A stretch of DNA of 64,000 nucleotides from Felis catus. Taxonomy: Eukaryota. The DNA lies in the NCBI RefSeq assembly GCF_018350175.1, contig NC_058382.1, forward strand, positions 54,934,001-54,998,000. Reading direction: 5' to 3'. Positions 1 through 11,500 of this stretch are shown here, in pieces; the first letter of the stretch is position 1; the number at the start of each line of letters is the position of its first letter. The notes beneath the pieces are model-generated. The model was not told where the DNA came from and searched no databases. It saw only the letters and a list, made by a program, of their open reading frames with translations. The position numbers and the translations under genes are program-made.

Positions 1-654
1 TGGGCTTAGGACATGGCCACATCCAGGGAGAAGTGACTGGTCCAGTGGCTTCCCAGGAGTCCGTGGCAGGAAACCCACATTTCCTTCTGGTCCTTCATTT
101 CCTGCCCGCGCTCTGTGCCCCACCCCCATCCCCACCCTGGCAGGGCCTTCTGGTTCTGAACCGCGCCTGCAGCGGCTGCCTGGTCCTGTCCTATTCTGTC
201 CGGGGCCCCCAGTTGCTGCCTCTGCTCTCAGAGTCGGGTCTGGGCTTGTTGGCCTGGGCGAGACTCTCCTATTTTGGCCTCTTCAGAAGCATCCAGACTT
301 CTCGGCCATGACCCCAGTGTCCTCGGCCCTCCCCTGCCAGGCTCCCCAGCGTGTTCTTGCCTTTATGTGTGTCTGCGCCTTGCTTGACTCTCCCCTCCAG
401 AGGAACCCCTTCTTTCCTTCTCCAAAACATACCCAGCCTCCGGTGAGGAGCCAAGCCCCCCCTTTGGATTCGGCCACCTGCGGCCGTTCCTGGTCTCTGC
501 TCCTCCTTCTGGTGTGTTCTACCAGCTCGAGCCCCTGACCTTTGTTAGAGCTGGTGGTCGGTGCTGTCTGAGCCCTGCTGGATATGGAACCATGGGCTTT
601 GAGTGAACCTTAGTAACTTTTCTTTCGGTGAATTTTGACTCTTGAGCAAGACAC

Positions 655-775
655 CTTTCTTCCCTCTCTCTCTCCCTCCCTCCCTTTCTTCCTCCCTGCC
701 TCCCTCCCTCCTTCCCTCCCTGCCTCCCTCCTTCCCCCCTTCCTTCCCTCCCTCTTTTCTCCCTTCTTTCTCTCT
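655..775. repeat. CT-rich low-complexity tract ((CCCT)n/(CCTT)n-like)
   Basis: Near-pure pyrimidine run on + (tccctctctctctccctccctccctttcttcctccctgcctccctccctcc...). Confidence 0.95.
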
Positions 776-1409
776 GTGTGCCAAGCACTGTGCCAAGCCT
801 TGAGTACCCACTTCTTTGAAACCCCACGAATTGAACTAACAAGAGAAGAAAACCCCAAGGAGATGAGAAATCACCTGATTATGCAGGTGCCTTCTGCCAA
901 TCGGTTGAAAAGTTTTTATGAGCAAATCTGGTGGTTATCCTTTGGAAAATAAGCAAAGGCAAACCACTTCCTGCCGCTTCCAGGAGCCGCTTTCTAAGAC
1001 CTACCAAGAATCTGAAACTTCAGGCAAGCTTCCTCCGTTTTCCTGGAGAACTCCGCAGTTTGAGTTGGTGAAATCCCACTGGGCCCTGTGGGGTTGGAGA
1101 TTGCATTTCAGTCTTGTCTCGCAAAGGAACGGCTGAGATCGAGTAATTTGGCGAGAGGAAAAGGGGAGCTTTGGCGTGTGGTGCGCAGGCAGTGCCCTTG
1201 CCATGCGGCTGGTGCCTCTTGGTTTTGCAGACGGGAACCCGGACCCCCTCCCCTGCGTCAGCCACCTCTTTGGGCCCCGGCCAGCTCTGGAAGTGTGCCC
1301 TGCCACGCGTGGATTCAGGGCTCTTTACACTTTTTTCTTGACCTTGTCCTGAATTTCTAGATGGGGAGAAAACAGTGGTCTGCCGTCCTGAGGGTGGGGG
1401 GCAGGACTA

Positions 1410-1600
1410 CGGGGCGGTTAAGACACGGGCCCTGAGCCTTCGGTTGGAATTTAGCTTGGCCACTAACTAGCAAGTTACATAACCCCTCTCTCCATGCCTT
1501 AGTTCCTTATTCGTAAAACAATGATTCTACTACTCCCCTGGGGGTGGTGGGAGGGCTTTTTATTCAGTAAACACACGTAATGCACCCACCACATGCTGGG
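1410..1600 (+). mobile_element. MIR SINE
   Basis: ggttaagacacgggc...caagttacataacccctctctccatgccttagttccttattcgtaaaac resembles the MIR core. Confidence 0.75.
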
Positions 1601-2704
1601 CCCGGTGCTGAGGCTGGGCAGCCCGCAGAGGCAGGCACGACCAACCGAGCCCGCTGTGCAGGTGAGGGAACTGTAGCCCAGCTGGTGGGCAGGAGGCCCC
1701 GGCTTTCGACCAGGGAGTCCGGCCCCAGGGTCCAGGCTTTGTCCCCACCGAGCTGCACTGCTGCCCTCGATGGGCTCAGACGAGATGCCGCACGTCAGCC
1801 GGGTGACCGTTTAGCGCGTTTTGCTTGGGACAGTCGCCGTGTCACTTTCAGTCCTGGTGTAATGACCACCATTTCATTTCATTCTCCAGAGTGTCCTGGT
1901 GGAGGATGGGCTATGTGGTCAGCTCACGAATAGGGCATTGAGGACAGTCCCATGAACACTGTGGGCACTGGATTCTTGGGGGGGGGGAGGTGACACAGCC
2001 ACAGCAGATCCAGCTGGTGTAGCCTGGAGGTGCCTTAGTTTCTGCAGAATTGAGATGTCCTCCTGCGTCACTTCACTCACCGACCGCACCCTGGGCACCT
2101 CTCACATGCCAGGCGTTGGGGCGTTGTGCAGGGTTGGTGCTGAGGAGGGAGACAAGAGACCCAGCCAGGAGCGCTGGGAAATGAAGTCACACCCAAGACC
2201 CGCCCTTCTCAGAAATGCAAAGTATTACCGTTAGGATGCTATTCCCATTGCTTTGTTTGGCAAATTATGACAGTATGTCACTAACTGAGCACATTCTGAT
2301 TACCTATTGTTTGAATTATAAAAAAAAAAAAAGTCAGGAAAAGGCTTCTGGTTGTGGGATGGTATTTAGAAGTTTCCATTCTTGAACAGACCTCAGGGCA
2401 GGGCCAGCGCCCAGGCTGTGTGGAGCCCTGTCTTGTCCCTCTGATGCCAGGTAATTGCTTTATCTCTGGCGTACATGCATCACGCCCTGTCTCCCTGGCC
2501 TTAGATATGTTTGCAGGATGTCGTGGGCTGTGGCTTTCCCAGACAGACTGGTAAGCAGCCCCTGATCTGCTCCGGCCTCCTGGTAGATAGTTGATTAAAG
2601 ACCTGCCCTGGTTCAGTACGTGCTAAATACAGTGACTGAAGAACCCAGGCTCTAGAGTAGGTGACCGTTTGTTCCAGTTTGCCCAGGACTATCCCCATTC
2701 TTAA

Positions 2705-2824
2705 GAAAACTATTTAATTTTTTGTAACTAAATGTTTATTTATTTTAATTTTCATGAACCGTGAGATCACGGCCTGAGCCGAATGAAGTCAGACGTTTAA
2801 CCAACTGAGCCACCCAGGCGTCCC
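2705..2824 (-). mobile_element. CAN-SINE (SINEC_Fc-type), internally deleted
   Basis: gaaccgtgagatcacggcctgagccgaa...ctgagccacccaggcgtccc is the reverse complement of the SINE head; T-rich tail on the left. Confidence 0.9.
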
Positions 2825-2842
2825 AGGACTGTCCCCGTTTAA

Positions 2843-2881
2843 TTTTTTTTTTAATTTTTTTTTTTTTGTATTTTATTTTAT

Positions 2882-2927
<46 letters not shown>

Positions 2928-3087
2928 AAGCAGGGGAGGTGCAATTGGACGGAGACAGAATCTGAAGCAGGCTCCAGGCTCCGAGCTGTCAGCACAGAGC
3001 CTGATGTGGGGCTTGAACTCGCAAACAGTGCGACCATGACCTGAGCTGAAGTCGGATGCTTAACTGCCTGAGCCACTGAGGCGCCCC
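2843..3087 (-). mobile_element. CAN-SINE (SINEC_Fc-type), full length
   Basis: Poly-T, (GA)n, gaatctgaagcaggctccaggctccgagctgtcagcacagagcc...ggcgcccc; TSD aggact(a/g)tcccc(a/g)ttt. Confidence 0.97.
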
Positions 3088-3189
3088 AGGACTATCCCCA
3101 TTTTAAAATCGAAAGTCCCAAGTCCCAGTAAAACTAGACAGTTGGTCAGTCTATTCTGGAGTGAAGCCAGCCCTCAGTCACCACACCTA

Positions 3190-3370
3190 GCCCTGCTGTG
3201 GGATTGCGGGTCCGTTACTTAACCACACCGAGCCTCAGTTTCCTCTCCTGCCAAACAGTCTTAACCGTCCCCGGCTCACAGGGTCATTGTGAAGCGCCAG
3301 TAAGTTTTGAGAACCGTTGGGCACAGAGGCGCTCGCAGATGGCGGTAAGCATCGGTTTCATAATGGTTAT
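3190..3370 (+). mobile_element. MIR SINE
   Basis: ttacttaacc...gagcctcagtttcctctcctg...cacagggtcattgtgaag MIR core. Confidence 0.75.
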
Positions 3371-4733
3371 AAATCATCTTAAGGCATTGGATGTTGTGCT
3401 CCGGTCTCAGTGGACCACCAGGCCGTCTGCCAAGTCCTTCTTTAGCTGCACGTCTGCTCACCATACCTCACGGTGGGTGTCGGAAGTCAGTTCTGCACTT
3501 CGACCCCGTGCCTCCGTCTCTGAGGTTGCTTGAGGCCTACGGCCCCACTCCAGATTCCCCAGCCAGCCACTGGGCCTGTCTGTGCCAGAGTCGCTGTCGC
3601 CCGGGAGTAGGACAGGATGTGGACGAGTGGCTGACGTTTATCGAGCGCCTTCCTCACAGCTGGCGTCGTGTTCCGTGTGCTTTCCGTATAAATCTTCACC
3701 TGAACATTCTCACGTTACAGACAGAGTGGAGGCTTGGAAAGGTTAAATTATTTCTCCGGTGTTAGAAAACGCGGCCCTGGGGCTGGAGCCCGCCTTTGTC
3801 TGTCTCCACTGACTGTGGCACCGCAGGCGTGGGCCGGGGATCCGGGCCCATCTGTGGAGGGGCTGAAGAGGCAAGTCCAGAGGAGCGGAAGGTCCAGACA
3901 CTTTTCTTCTCATCTGACATTACGGTGATACTTTTCTTGTATTTTCCAAATCGTTGGTGTGCGATGGAGTAGAAATTACAGATAAAAGTAGAATTCTGGT
4001 CTCTGGCCTCAGACGGGTCGAGAAGTGCCGTCGTGAGCTGTGTGTGCTCTTTGACCTCTCGCTGTGGCCATGTGGGCCAGGCTCTGCTGCGGTAACACGG
4101 AGCCCGTCCGCCAGCAGCTCTGCACAGTCCAGGTGTATTTCTCAGCAGGGGCCTCGCTCCTCTCCGGAGCCCCCCAGGACCCAGACTCACCGAGGTCCCA
4201 CCTCCGCCCGTGCTTCCGCTGTCTCGAAGGCGAGGCTGAGAGACGTGGTGCTTGAATGCGGGTCTCCAGGTGGCTCACGTCACTTCACATCTCATGGCCG
4301 AAGGGCCACACAGGCACACCTGGGACTTAGGCGGTGAGTGTGGAGGGGAGGGGGGACCCTACCGTGTGCCCAGATAAAGGAGGCGGCTGTGCCTGCCCGG
4401 GGACAGCTGTTCTGCCACACTCGCGCCCATTCTCGCTCCCAGGTGTGACTGGTCCCCTGGGTCAGGACGACTCCTGCCGCCTCAGGGCTGCTGATTTGGT
4501 CCCACCATTTATATTGCACTTTTCAAAGGGAGCAGAGCCCGTGGATCCCAGAGCATCAGGGCATCAGGTCGGACCCTCCGGACCGGGTTTCTGGTCTCTC
4601 CTGAAGGGTGGCTTTAGAGTTTCGTTGGTTTGGGAGCTGGAAGTCTTGTCTGCTTCCGTCAGGCTGTGTGAGGGAAGAGATTATGAACAGTGTTGGGAAA
4701 CTACCCCGAAAGTTTTGCCGGGATAACTCCCCG

Positions 4734-4765
<32 letters not shown>
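4734..4765. repeat. Poly-C mononucleotide run (32 C)
   Basis: Directly visible. Confidence 0.95.
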
Positions 4766-4767
<2 letters not shown>

Positions 4768-4879
4768 GTGTGAGGTTGTGGCTCCTTTAAATCACGGATA
4801 ATACAAACTACCTGCTGTTCTCCTGGTGCTGACGGTATGCTGGCCCCACGCTGAGCAGCTGACTCCCTTCCTCTTCCTT

Positions 4880-5010
4880 CTTAGCCTCATTTTATGGGCG
4901 AAGAAACCAAGGCTCAGAGAAGTTAAGGAAGTTCCCCCAGGTCACGTAGCTCACTGGTTGAGTTAGGGTTGGATCCTGGCCTATGTGGTTCTGAGTTTGT
5001 ATTCTGAACT
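4880..5010 (-). mobile_element. MIR SINE
   Basis: cattttatgggcgaagaaaccaaggctcagagaagttaaggaagttcccccaggtcacgtagc. Confidence 0.8.
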
Positions 5011-6084
5011 GCTTTGATGGTGTTCACTGAGTCGGGGTCTGCGGAGACAGTAGCAAGGAAGGGTCCCCAGAGAAACGTCCAGCCCTTCAAAAAGCCCGGG
5101 GAAATCTTGGCGTTTCTTCTTGAGCCACGGGCCCTGGCTAAGTTCAGCCATTTGATTACACAGGGAAACCTGATCCTTCCTTTTATTGATATTTACTGCT
5201 TTTTAAAAACCGTCCGTATGTTACGGAAATAACATTGGAAGTGAAAATGGAAATAAAAATTAGTAATCGCGTAGGAACGCTAGTTTGGGGTGGGGACATG
5301 TTTTCCAAATATAAAGATAATGAAGTGGGAAGAAAATAAAGCGTGTCTTTGAAGTGCAAATGACTTGCAGCCTTTTTCCCACACGAACCCTGAGATGAGG
5401 TCACTTGCCGGCCCGGGCTCTGCTCTCTGGGGTCTTGGGCACTTGCCACAGAATCCTCGCCTCGGGGGTGTCAGGAGCTCCAGAAAGTGCAGGCTTACCC
5501 CCCCCCGTATCTTCTCCACATAACCATTTGACTTGCCGATTCAGAGGGAAAAAGGTTGAGTCATTTAACTGATAAGGTAATTTAAAACATGGCTCCGTTC
5601 TCTCGGAATGAGCATTTTACTTGAGGAGTGGAAAGGTTAAGTAATTTAACTGGGGCATAATTGATAACACGGCGCCCCTTTCTGGAAGTCTCCATTTTAG
5701 AAGATTTGGTGAGGGGGGAAAGGTTAAACAATCTAACTAGGGAGTCATTTAAAGTATTATTTTGCTATTAGAGCAAGGACAGATGTGGAGTGGAATAGAA
5801 AATTCTCAAGGCTTGTTAAGATTAAGCACATGACTTGAGCAAAATTTCCTGATGCGGTAGGTGTGGGTCACTGAGTGTTTGCCTTCTCTCCTGCGGGGTT
5901 CTTGCAGAAAGTAAGAACCCTCCTGGGTTCTCGGGAGGGTTTGCAGTCATAGTGCCGATATCGCTGTGCCCGTGTGTCCTGTTGCCGCACGGGACACCAG
6001 GCCGGCCTCGTGGCTCCAGATAGTCTAGGTGAACACAAGCAAATGCATGCATGTTTTCGTTTCCTTCTTTGTTTGTTTAGAAGA

Positions 6085-6470
6085 ACGACAGAACCCCGCA
6101 CACATGTTCCTGTATCATTTTTGTGCTGACCAGTAATAAGAGATCGTCACGGGTCAGTACAGCTTCCTCTTCTCTGTTTGTGGCTGCAGAGTATTCCACT
6201 GTATGGGACCACACAGCCATCCCCTCAGGGTATGTGTGTCTGTAGACTGTAGCCCTTTCGGGTAATGCTGTGCTGATCCGTGAGGTGCCAAGGTCTCTGA
6301 GATGTGCAGGGGGTGTCTCTGGCATGAATTCCCAGAAGTGGAATAGCTGGGTCGAAGGTTACGTGCTTTGGGAATATTGATAGATCTTTCCAAAGTGCGT
6401 TGCCCTGAGAAGGTGCCCCCTGAGCAGGGTCTCGGGAGAGCTCGGGGAGGCCTGGGATGGTATGCGGAAT
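6085..6470 (-). mobile_element. Ancient L1 (L1M) fragment, ORF2 C-terminus/3' end
   Basis: cccagaagtggaatagctgggtcg; minus-strand translation contains [10 protein letters not shown], matching the L1 ORF2 C-terminal [13 protein letters not shown] motif. Confidence 0.85.
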
Positions 6471-8324
6471 GGGGATTGCCATCGCGTCCCCGGGTCTCCT
6501 GCACCGTGTGCTTCGGCAGCCGTGCAGCTTGGGGTGGGAAACGCTTAGGAGAACAAGCGTCACTGCCCGGGGCCAGCCGCCCTTGGCCTTGCTGGCCGGT
6601 CGCTTGCAGAATTAAGCCTGTGATGCCTTCATTGGGGAGACATGGAGTTTGGGTATTTGGAATGCAAAGCCCCCTTCTTGCTTAGTGGGACGGACCCCAC
6701 TTCCCGGAATTTAACTCTTTAATAAAATTAAAGAGCAGCAGCTTTCATGATGTGAAGGGAATCATTTATTTATTGCTTTTCAAATAAAGACCACTCTCTC
6801 GGGAGAAAAGGCAGCAGGTCCCCACGAAGAGCAGGTTCACACAGGTGTCCGAAGGTGGTGCAGGCCCCCTGCGTGGCAAGCCCTCTTCCCCGATCCCGGT
6901 CATCATCCTCACTACTCTTGTCAGCTCTTGTTGGCTGCGTCCTGCAGAGGAGCAAGTGTGGCTCAGAGAGGAGCAGTGGGCAGGACCACCCTCGTCCCTG
7001 TCACCCAGCTGCCCTGCAGCCTGCCACGGAGGGAGCGTGGCTTCAGAGATAGTCACTGGGTTTGAAATAGAGGCTCCTCTGCTTCCTGGCTATGTCGCCT
7101 CCGGCACCTCTCTGAACTTGAGGTTTTTCAGCGCTAAGAATGGGAGTGAGCTTCGAGATAGGCTGGGTGCTCTTGGAGTCCTGGTCTGGCTGTCTTTCCC
7201 TCCTGCCCCATTTGTCCATCTCCTTCCAGTCATCCTGAGTAGGTCGGGCCAGTGTGGCCCCAACACAGAACTCTTCCCTTGAATTGGGGCGGGGGCAAAT
7301 TTCAGGAAGGCTCCGGAATACAGCCTGGGGCACCCAAGGGCATGGCCTGACCCGCTGTCTCTTGGGTGCCCTGCCACAGCTATATCTCTGTGGCTGGGTC
7401 TTCCCTGGGACCCAGGACTTCCAGACTATTGTCTTCCTAGCTCCCCGGTTGGGGGATGGGCTGGAACAATGTCCTCTGGTGGCCGGAGCATGACCCCGTG
7501 ATGGATGGCATGGCATGGACGGGCCTCCCCTACCTCTCTGGGATGAGGGCCCTTTGTCTGGAACTCCAGGCGTCCTTCTTTCCACCTAGAAGTCCTGCCC
7601 CAGGGGAACTGTGCCTAAATTGGATCTGGTTGGCAAATGGAACCTCATTTTCTGATCAATTTACATTACACTTTCGGATGAGGATGCGTTTCTTGTATCT
7701 CTGATGGGGCATTTGGCAAAAGCGCTGTTGGCTTTGGCTTCTTGCCCTGTGAGCACCCTGTCAAGGCATGGAGGACGGTCATCAGCGTCCTACCACACTA
7801 CCTTCTCCTTCCTGCTGTCATCTGTACCTCTCGGGGCCCCTGCAAAGACTGGGAGGCATCTGCCCCTCAGAGCTTCCCGGAGCTGCACAGCCCAGGTACT
7901 GGGGCCTTTGTTTCCCCGAGTGACCACACCAGACCTTAGCTTGGAAATGTGCCCACGATGGACACCCCGACTCCAGTGTGCCTTCCCAGGATAACGGTGA
8001 CGAAACCAGTAGGGATGGTTGTGTTCTCACCGGATGTTATCACTGGTCCTCGGCTAAGCACTTAGTTTGGGTTATTTTATGTAATCCTTACAACAGTCTT
8101 GTGAGGAAGCACTGTTGTGAGCAGCAGAGTAAACTGAGCGCTAGCAGCCGAAGGGACAGGCGGGTCACATGACAGCTGGCGACGACATGGGGATTCAGAT
8201 CCTGGAGGGGTGGCTCCAGAGCTCCGTCTGCCAAGCTGCACTCCACCAACCCCCTTTTGTGGTGCCACATCCGTCCAGCCTGAGACCGACAGCCCTTTCT
8301 TTTGTTAAAAAAAAAATCAGACCT

Positions 8325-8528
8325 GGGGCACCTGGGTGGCTCAGTCGGTAGAGCCTTCGGCTCGGGTCATGATCTCACGGTTCGTGAGTACAAGCCCCAC
8401 ATCAAGGCTCTTTGCTGACAGCTTGGAGCCTGCTTCAGATCCTCTGTCTCCCTCTCTCTCTGCACCTCCCCTACTTGCAGTCTCTCCCTGCCCCCCGCCT
8501 CAAAAATAAAGAAACATTTAAAAAAAAA
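8325..8528 (+). mobile_element. CAN-SINE (SINEC_Fc-type)
   Basis: ggggcacctgggtggctcagtcgg...ctctctctc...aaaataaa; TSD aaaaa(a/g)tcagacct. Confidence 0.95.
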
Positions 8529-8539
8529 GTCAGACCTTC

Positions 8540-9110
8540 ATTTTGGGAAATTTGAGAAGACGTATTTGACAACAGAGAAGAGTAACATGAACCCCTCTGT
8601 GCCCGTCACCACCTTCAACAGTTACCAGCTCTTGGCCAGTCTTGCCACCTAACTGCCCTCACCCGCTCCCCTCCCCTGCCCCCCCAAACCACTGAATTTC
8701 CTGAAAGCAGATCCTTGACATCCTGTCATTTCATTAGAGATTACTTCTGTAGGTTTCCCTAAAAAATGAGCTATCATTAAAAAAAGAAATTTAAATGGAT
8801 TACCATTCTCAATGCCTGAGAAACTAACAGTTCCTTGATATCAAATGTCCAGTCAGTGTTCACATTTCTCCAGCTGTCTCATAAATGATTTTTGTTGAAA
8901 TGTTCAAGTAAGAATCCAAGCACAGTCTGTACATCGTGTCTGCTTAGGATGTCTCTTAAGGGTTTTGAAAGCCTTTGGAGTCGGGTCACCGGTATTCCGC
9001 GATCTTCCATATTCCCAGTTCTGCCGACCGCTTCCGCGTGGTGTCTTTGAACGCCTTCCTCCGTGCCTTGTCTTTCCTGCACATTCTCCATGCACCCTGT
9101 GGCTTTCTAG
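8540..9110 (-). mobile_element. Ancient L1M 3'UTR-type fragment
   Basis: aacccctctgtgcccgtcaccaccttcaacagttacc...ttccttgatatcaaatgtccagtcagtgttcacatttc resembles an antisense L1MC/MD 3' end; probably continues ~9480-9830. Confidence 0.55.
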
Positions 9111-9119
9111 TTCGTTCTA

Positions 9120-9335
9120 GACCCGTGCCGTCCAGGACAACAGCCACCGGCCACATGGCCGCCAAGCACTTGAAATGACCGATCTGAGTTGAAATGTGCT
9201 GTGTGACGCACACACCAGATTTTGAAGACTTAGCTTGAAAGGAAGAGTATAAAATAGCCCGCTGAAGATGTGTTATGTGGATCGCGCGTTGAAGTGATCA
9301 CCTGTCGGACACAGTGGGTTAATAGGTAAAGTGCC
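9120..9335. mobile_element. MER33-like hAT-Charlie DNA transposon remnant
   Basis: agccaccggccacatggcc...gcacttgaaatg...gaaatgtgctgt...cacaccagattttgaagacttag. Confidence 0.8.
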
Positions 9336-11084
9336 CCCTTTGTAGGTGGCGACCCGCACTTCTTGGGCCGCTTGGGGCCGGGTCTCTGGGTGTGATTTGA
9401 GATCAGGTTCAGATGCTGGCCGCCTGACCCATCTATCGGCTTAGTCGTCATCGAGCCATCATCGTTGAGGTCCATTATCCATCAGGGACGCAAAGTGCAG
9501 GTGTTTTTTGAGTCTGCCTTTCCGTCCTCATTCATTAGATAGAATTATTCCAAAAGGGGCTTCACTTCATCTAATACTTGGTCGTCCTGATGTTCAGGAT
9601 GTATAAGAAAGGCAGGAAAAAAGCCTCCTTCTTCCCCTTTCTACCAAGTTTTCCAGTAATGAGCTGATTTTTTAGAATCTCCCAAAGCTTTATTTTTTTT
9701 AGTTGTTTTCTCTCCCATGAATCCACGGACTTACATTTCTATCTGATGAGTTTTAATCAAAACCCAGGGCGGTTACTCCTCTTTCTGATGTTCACATAGT
9801 CCCATCTTTGGCCGGTGGGAGCATTCTGCTCTACTTTGATTTCGATTCCTTGCCCAACTAAGCCCTCTGCAAATCTCTTGAGTCCTTTTGTCTGTTGAGC
9901 TGGTCGGAAGGTTCCCTCTCTGGATGGAAGCTTGCAGCAGGGGCAGGCCTACAGCCGTCGCTGCTCACCAGGCCCAGGGTGTGGGGGCTGCCTGCCAACA
10001 GGCTATTCATAGATGCCACCTTCCTCTTTGGCCTCGTTGCCAAGGTCCCAGCCAGAGGCTGGAGTGGAGGAGCCAGGCCAGCGGGGCTGGCTTGGGCCCC
10101 ACGCATAGTAGGTGTTCCGGAAACGGCTGTCCAGTGAATGAAGGGACTGAAATCTGATCCGTTGCACCACCTGGCTGGATTGGGTTCCTTTCCACCCTGG
10201 GATTCTCCGGGGAGGCCGACTGGCAAATAGAGCTGGCCTTTGATTCTCTGCGCGTCGGGGACACCTTTCCAGGGCTGAGCGTGCACAGAACTGGGATCAA
10301 GCCTCCAGGGTCACGTCAAGGGTGCTGACGTGGCGGCCGCCCGGCCTCCGGGTGCAGGTGGTGGGGTGAGCGTTGGATCTGGACCCTTCCCAGAGTGGAG
10401 CTGCCTGTTCCCAGGCCGAGCTGTTCTGCAGGGGACACAGGCATAGCTTGGGTCGGCCCCGGACTCAGCAGCAGAACTCTGTGCTGGTGTGAATTTTTAA
10501 AATTCTGGCCCTCGGAACCTCCGGGTTTGGTTTTCACTCCACTGACGCTTGCTGCCACAATATTGGCTTTGCTCCTCTTGTCCCTGGCCGGACGCTCTGG
10601 TCCCCGCAGCCCAGCCCAGTCAGGGGCTGAAGGAAGGCTTTGTGATTTGGCCCCAAAACGGACCACAGGGCTTCTGTTCTGGCTGCTGCTGCTAGTTGAA
10701 AAAAACAACACAAAACAAAAAAACCCTGCCAGCTTTGTCGAAGCCCAGAGAATCTTCATCCCCAAAATACTGTGTTTGTGGAAGATGATTTCATGTATTT
10801 ACTACATAAGAGGCCAGCATCCGGTGACACTCCCGGTCTATTTGAGGGGTGGGTTCGTGTCTGGATTTGTGGTGAGGAGGGCAGGTGTTCCAGCCCATGT
10901 GGTTGGGGGGTGGGGTGGGCAGGGAGGAGGAGAGGGACCAAGAAAGCTTCCCCTTTGGCGGGGGCGTGACCACCCCTGGGGGATCAGGGTGAGGGAAGTT
11001 TCTCAAAATGGCACAAGGAGGGAGGAAGGGGAGCCAGCCTTGACCTTGACAGCCATTTGGCCCTAAAGGGGTCAGGAGGGTGGT

Positions 11085-11500
11085 TCTGGAATGAGAGCAC
11101 CTAAATTCCAAGTCACGTGGCCACTTGTTAAGTCTGTGACCTTGGACAAGTGGCTTGACCTCACTGAACCTCCCATTTCCTCATCCACAAAACGGGGCTA
11201 TTTGGAGGATAACGTGGGAAAGCCCTGTGGGTACGCCTTAATAGAGAGCACTAGTATAAATAGTTACTCACCGTTAACCCATATGGGCTGTGGAGCCCGA
11301 GTGCCCGGGGGGTAAGCTTGGCTCCACCGCTCCTAAACTAACGGTGAGCCCAGGGATTAATTTCCCAACTTCTCTGTGCCTCGGTCTCCTCATCTATAAA
11401 ATGGGTATAATCACGTTTCCTGTGAAAAGGTAAGTGACTGTTGAAGGTTAAGTGGCTGGATAGATATGAAATCCTGGGGGTAGTGCCCAGCATGTGTGTG
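11085..11500 (+). mobile_element. Two adjacent MIR SINE fragments
   Basis: ctgtgaccttggacaagtggcttgacctcactgaacctcccatttcctcatcc and tctctgtgcctcggtctcctcatctataaaatggg. Confidence 0.8.

Larger units (their letters stand above)
2658..3153. mobile_element. MER81-like hAT-Blackjack MITE interrupted by two CAN-SINEs
   Basis: Termini TAGGTGACC...GGTCAGTCTA; internal ccagtttgcccaggact and gaaagtccc; flanking 8-mers ctctagag/ttctggag consistent with a decayed hAT 8-bp TSD. Confidence 0.7.

Noticed and set aside
2517..2550. 34-nt mini-exon candidate (tttgcag|...CTG|gtaagc)
   Set aside because: Weak polypyrimidine tract and no recognisable peptide; such signal pairs are frequent by chance.
5548..5738. 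CRISPR-like reading of three spaced repeats
   Set aside because: Mammalian DNA, only three divergent copies and no cas genes; kept only as a motif cluster.
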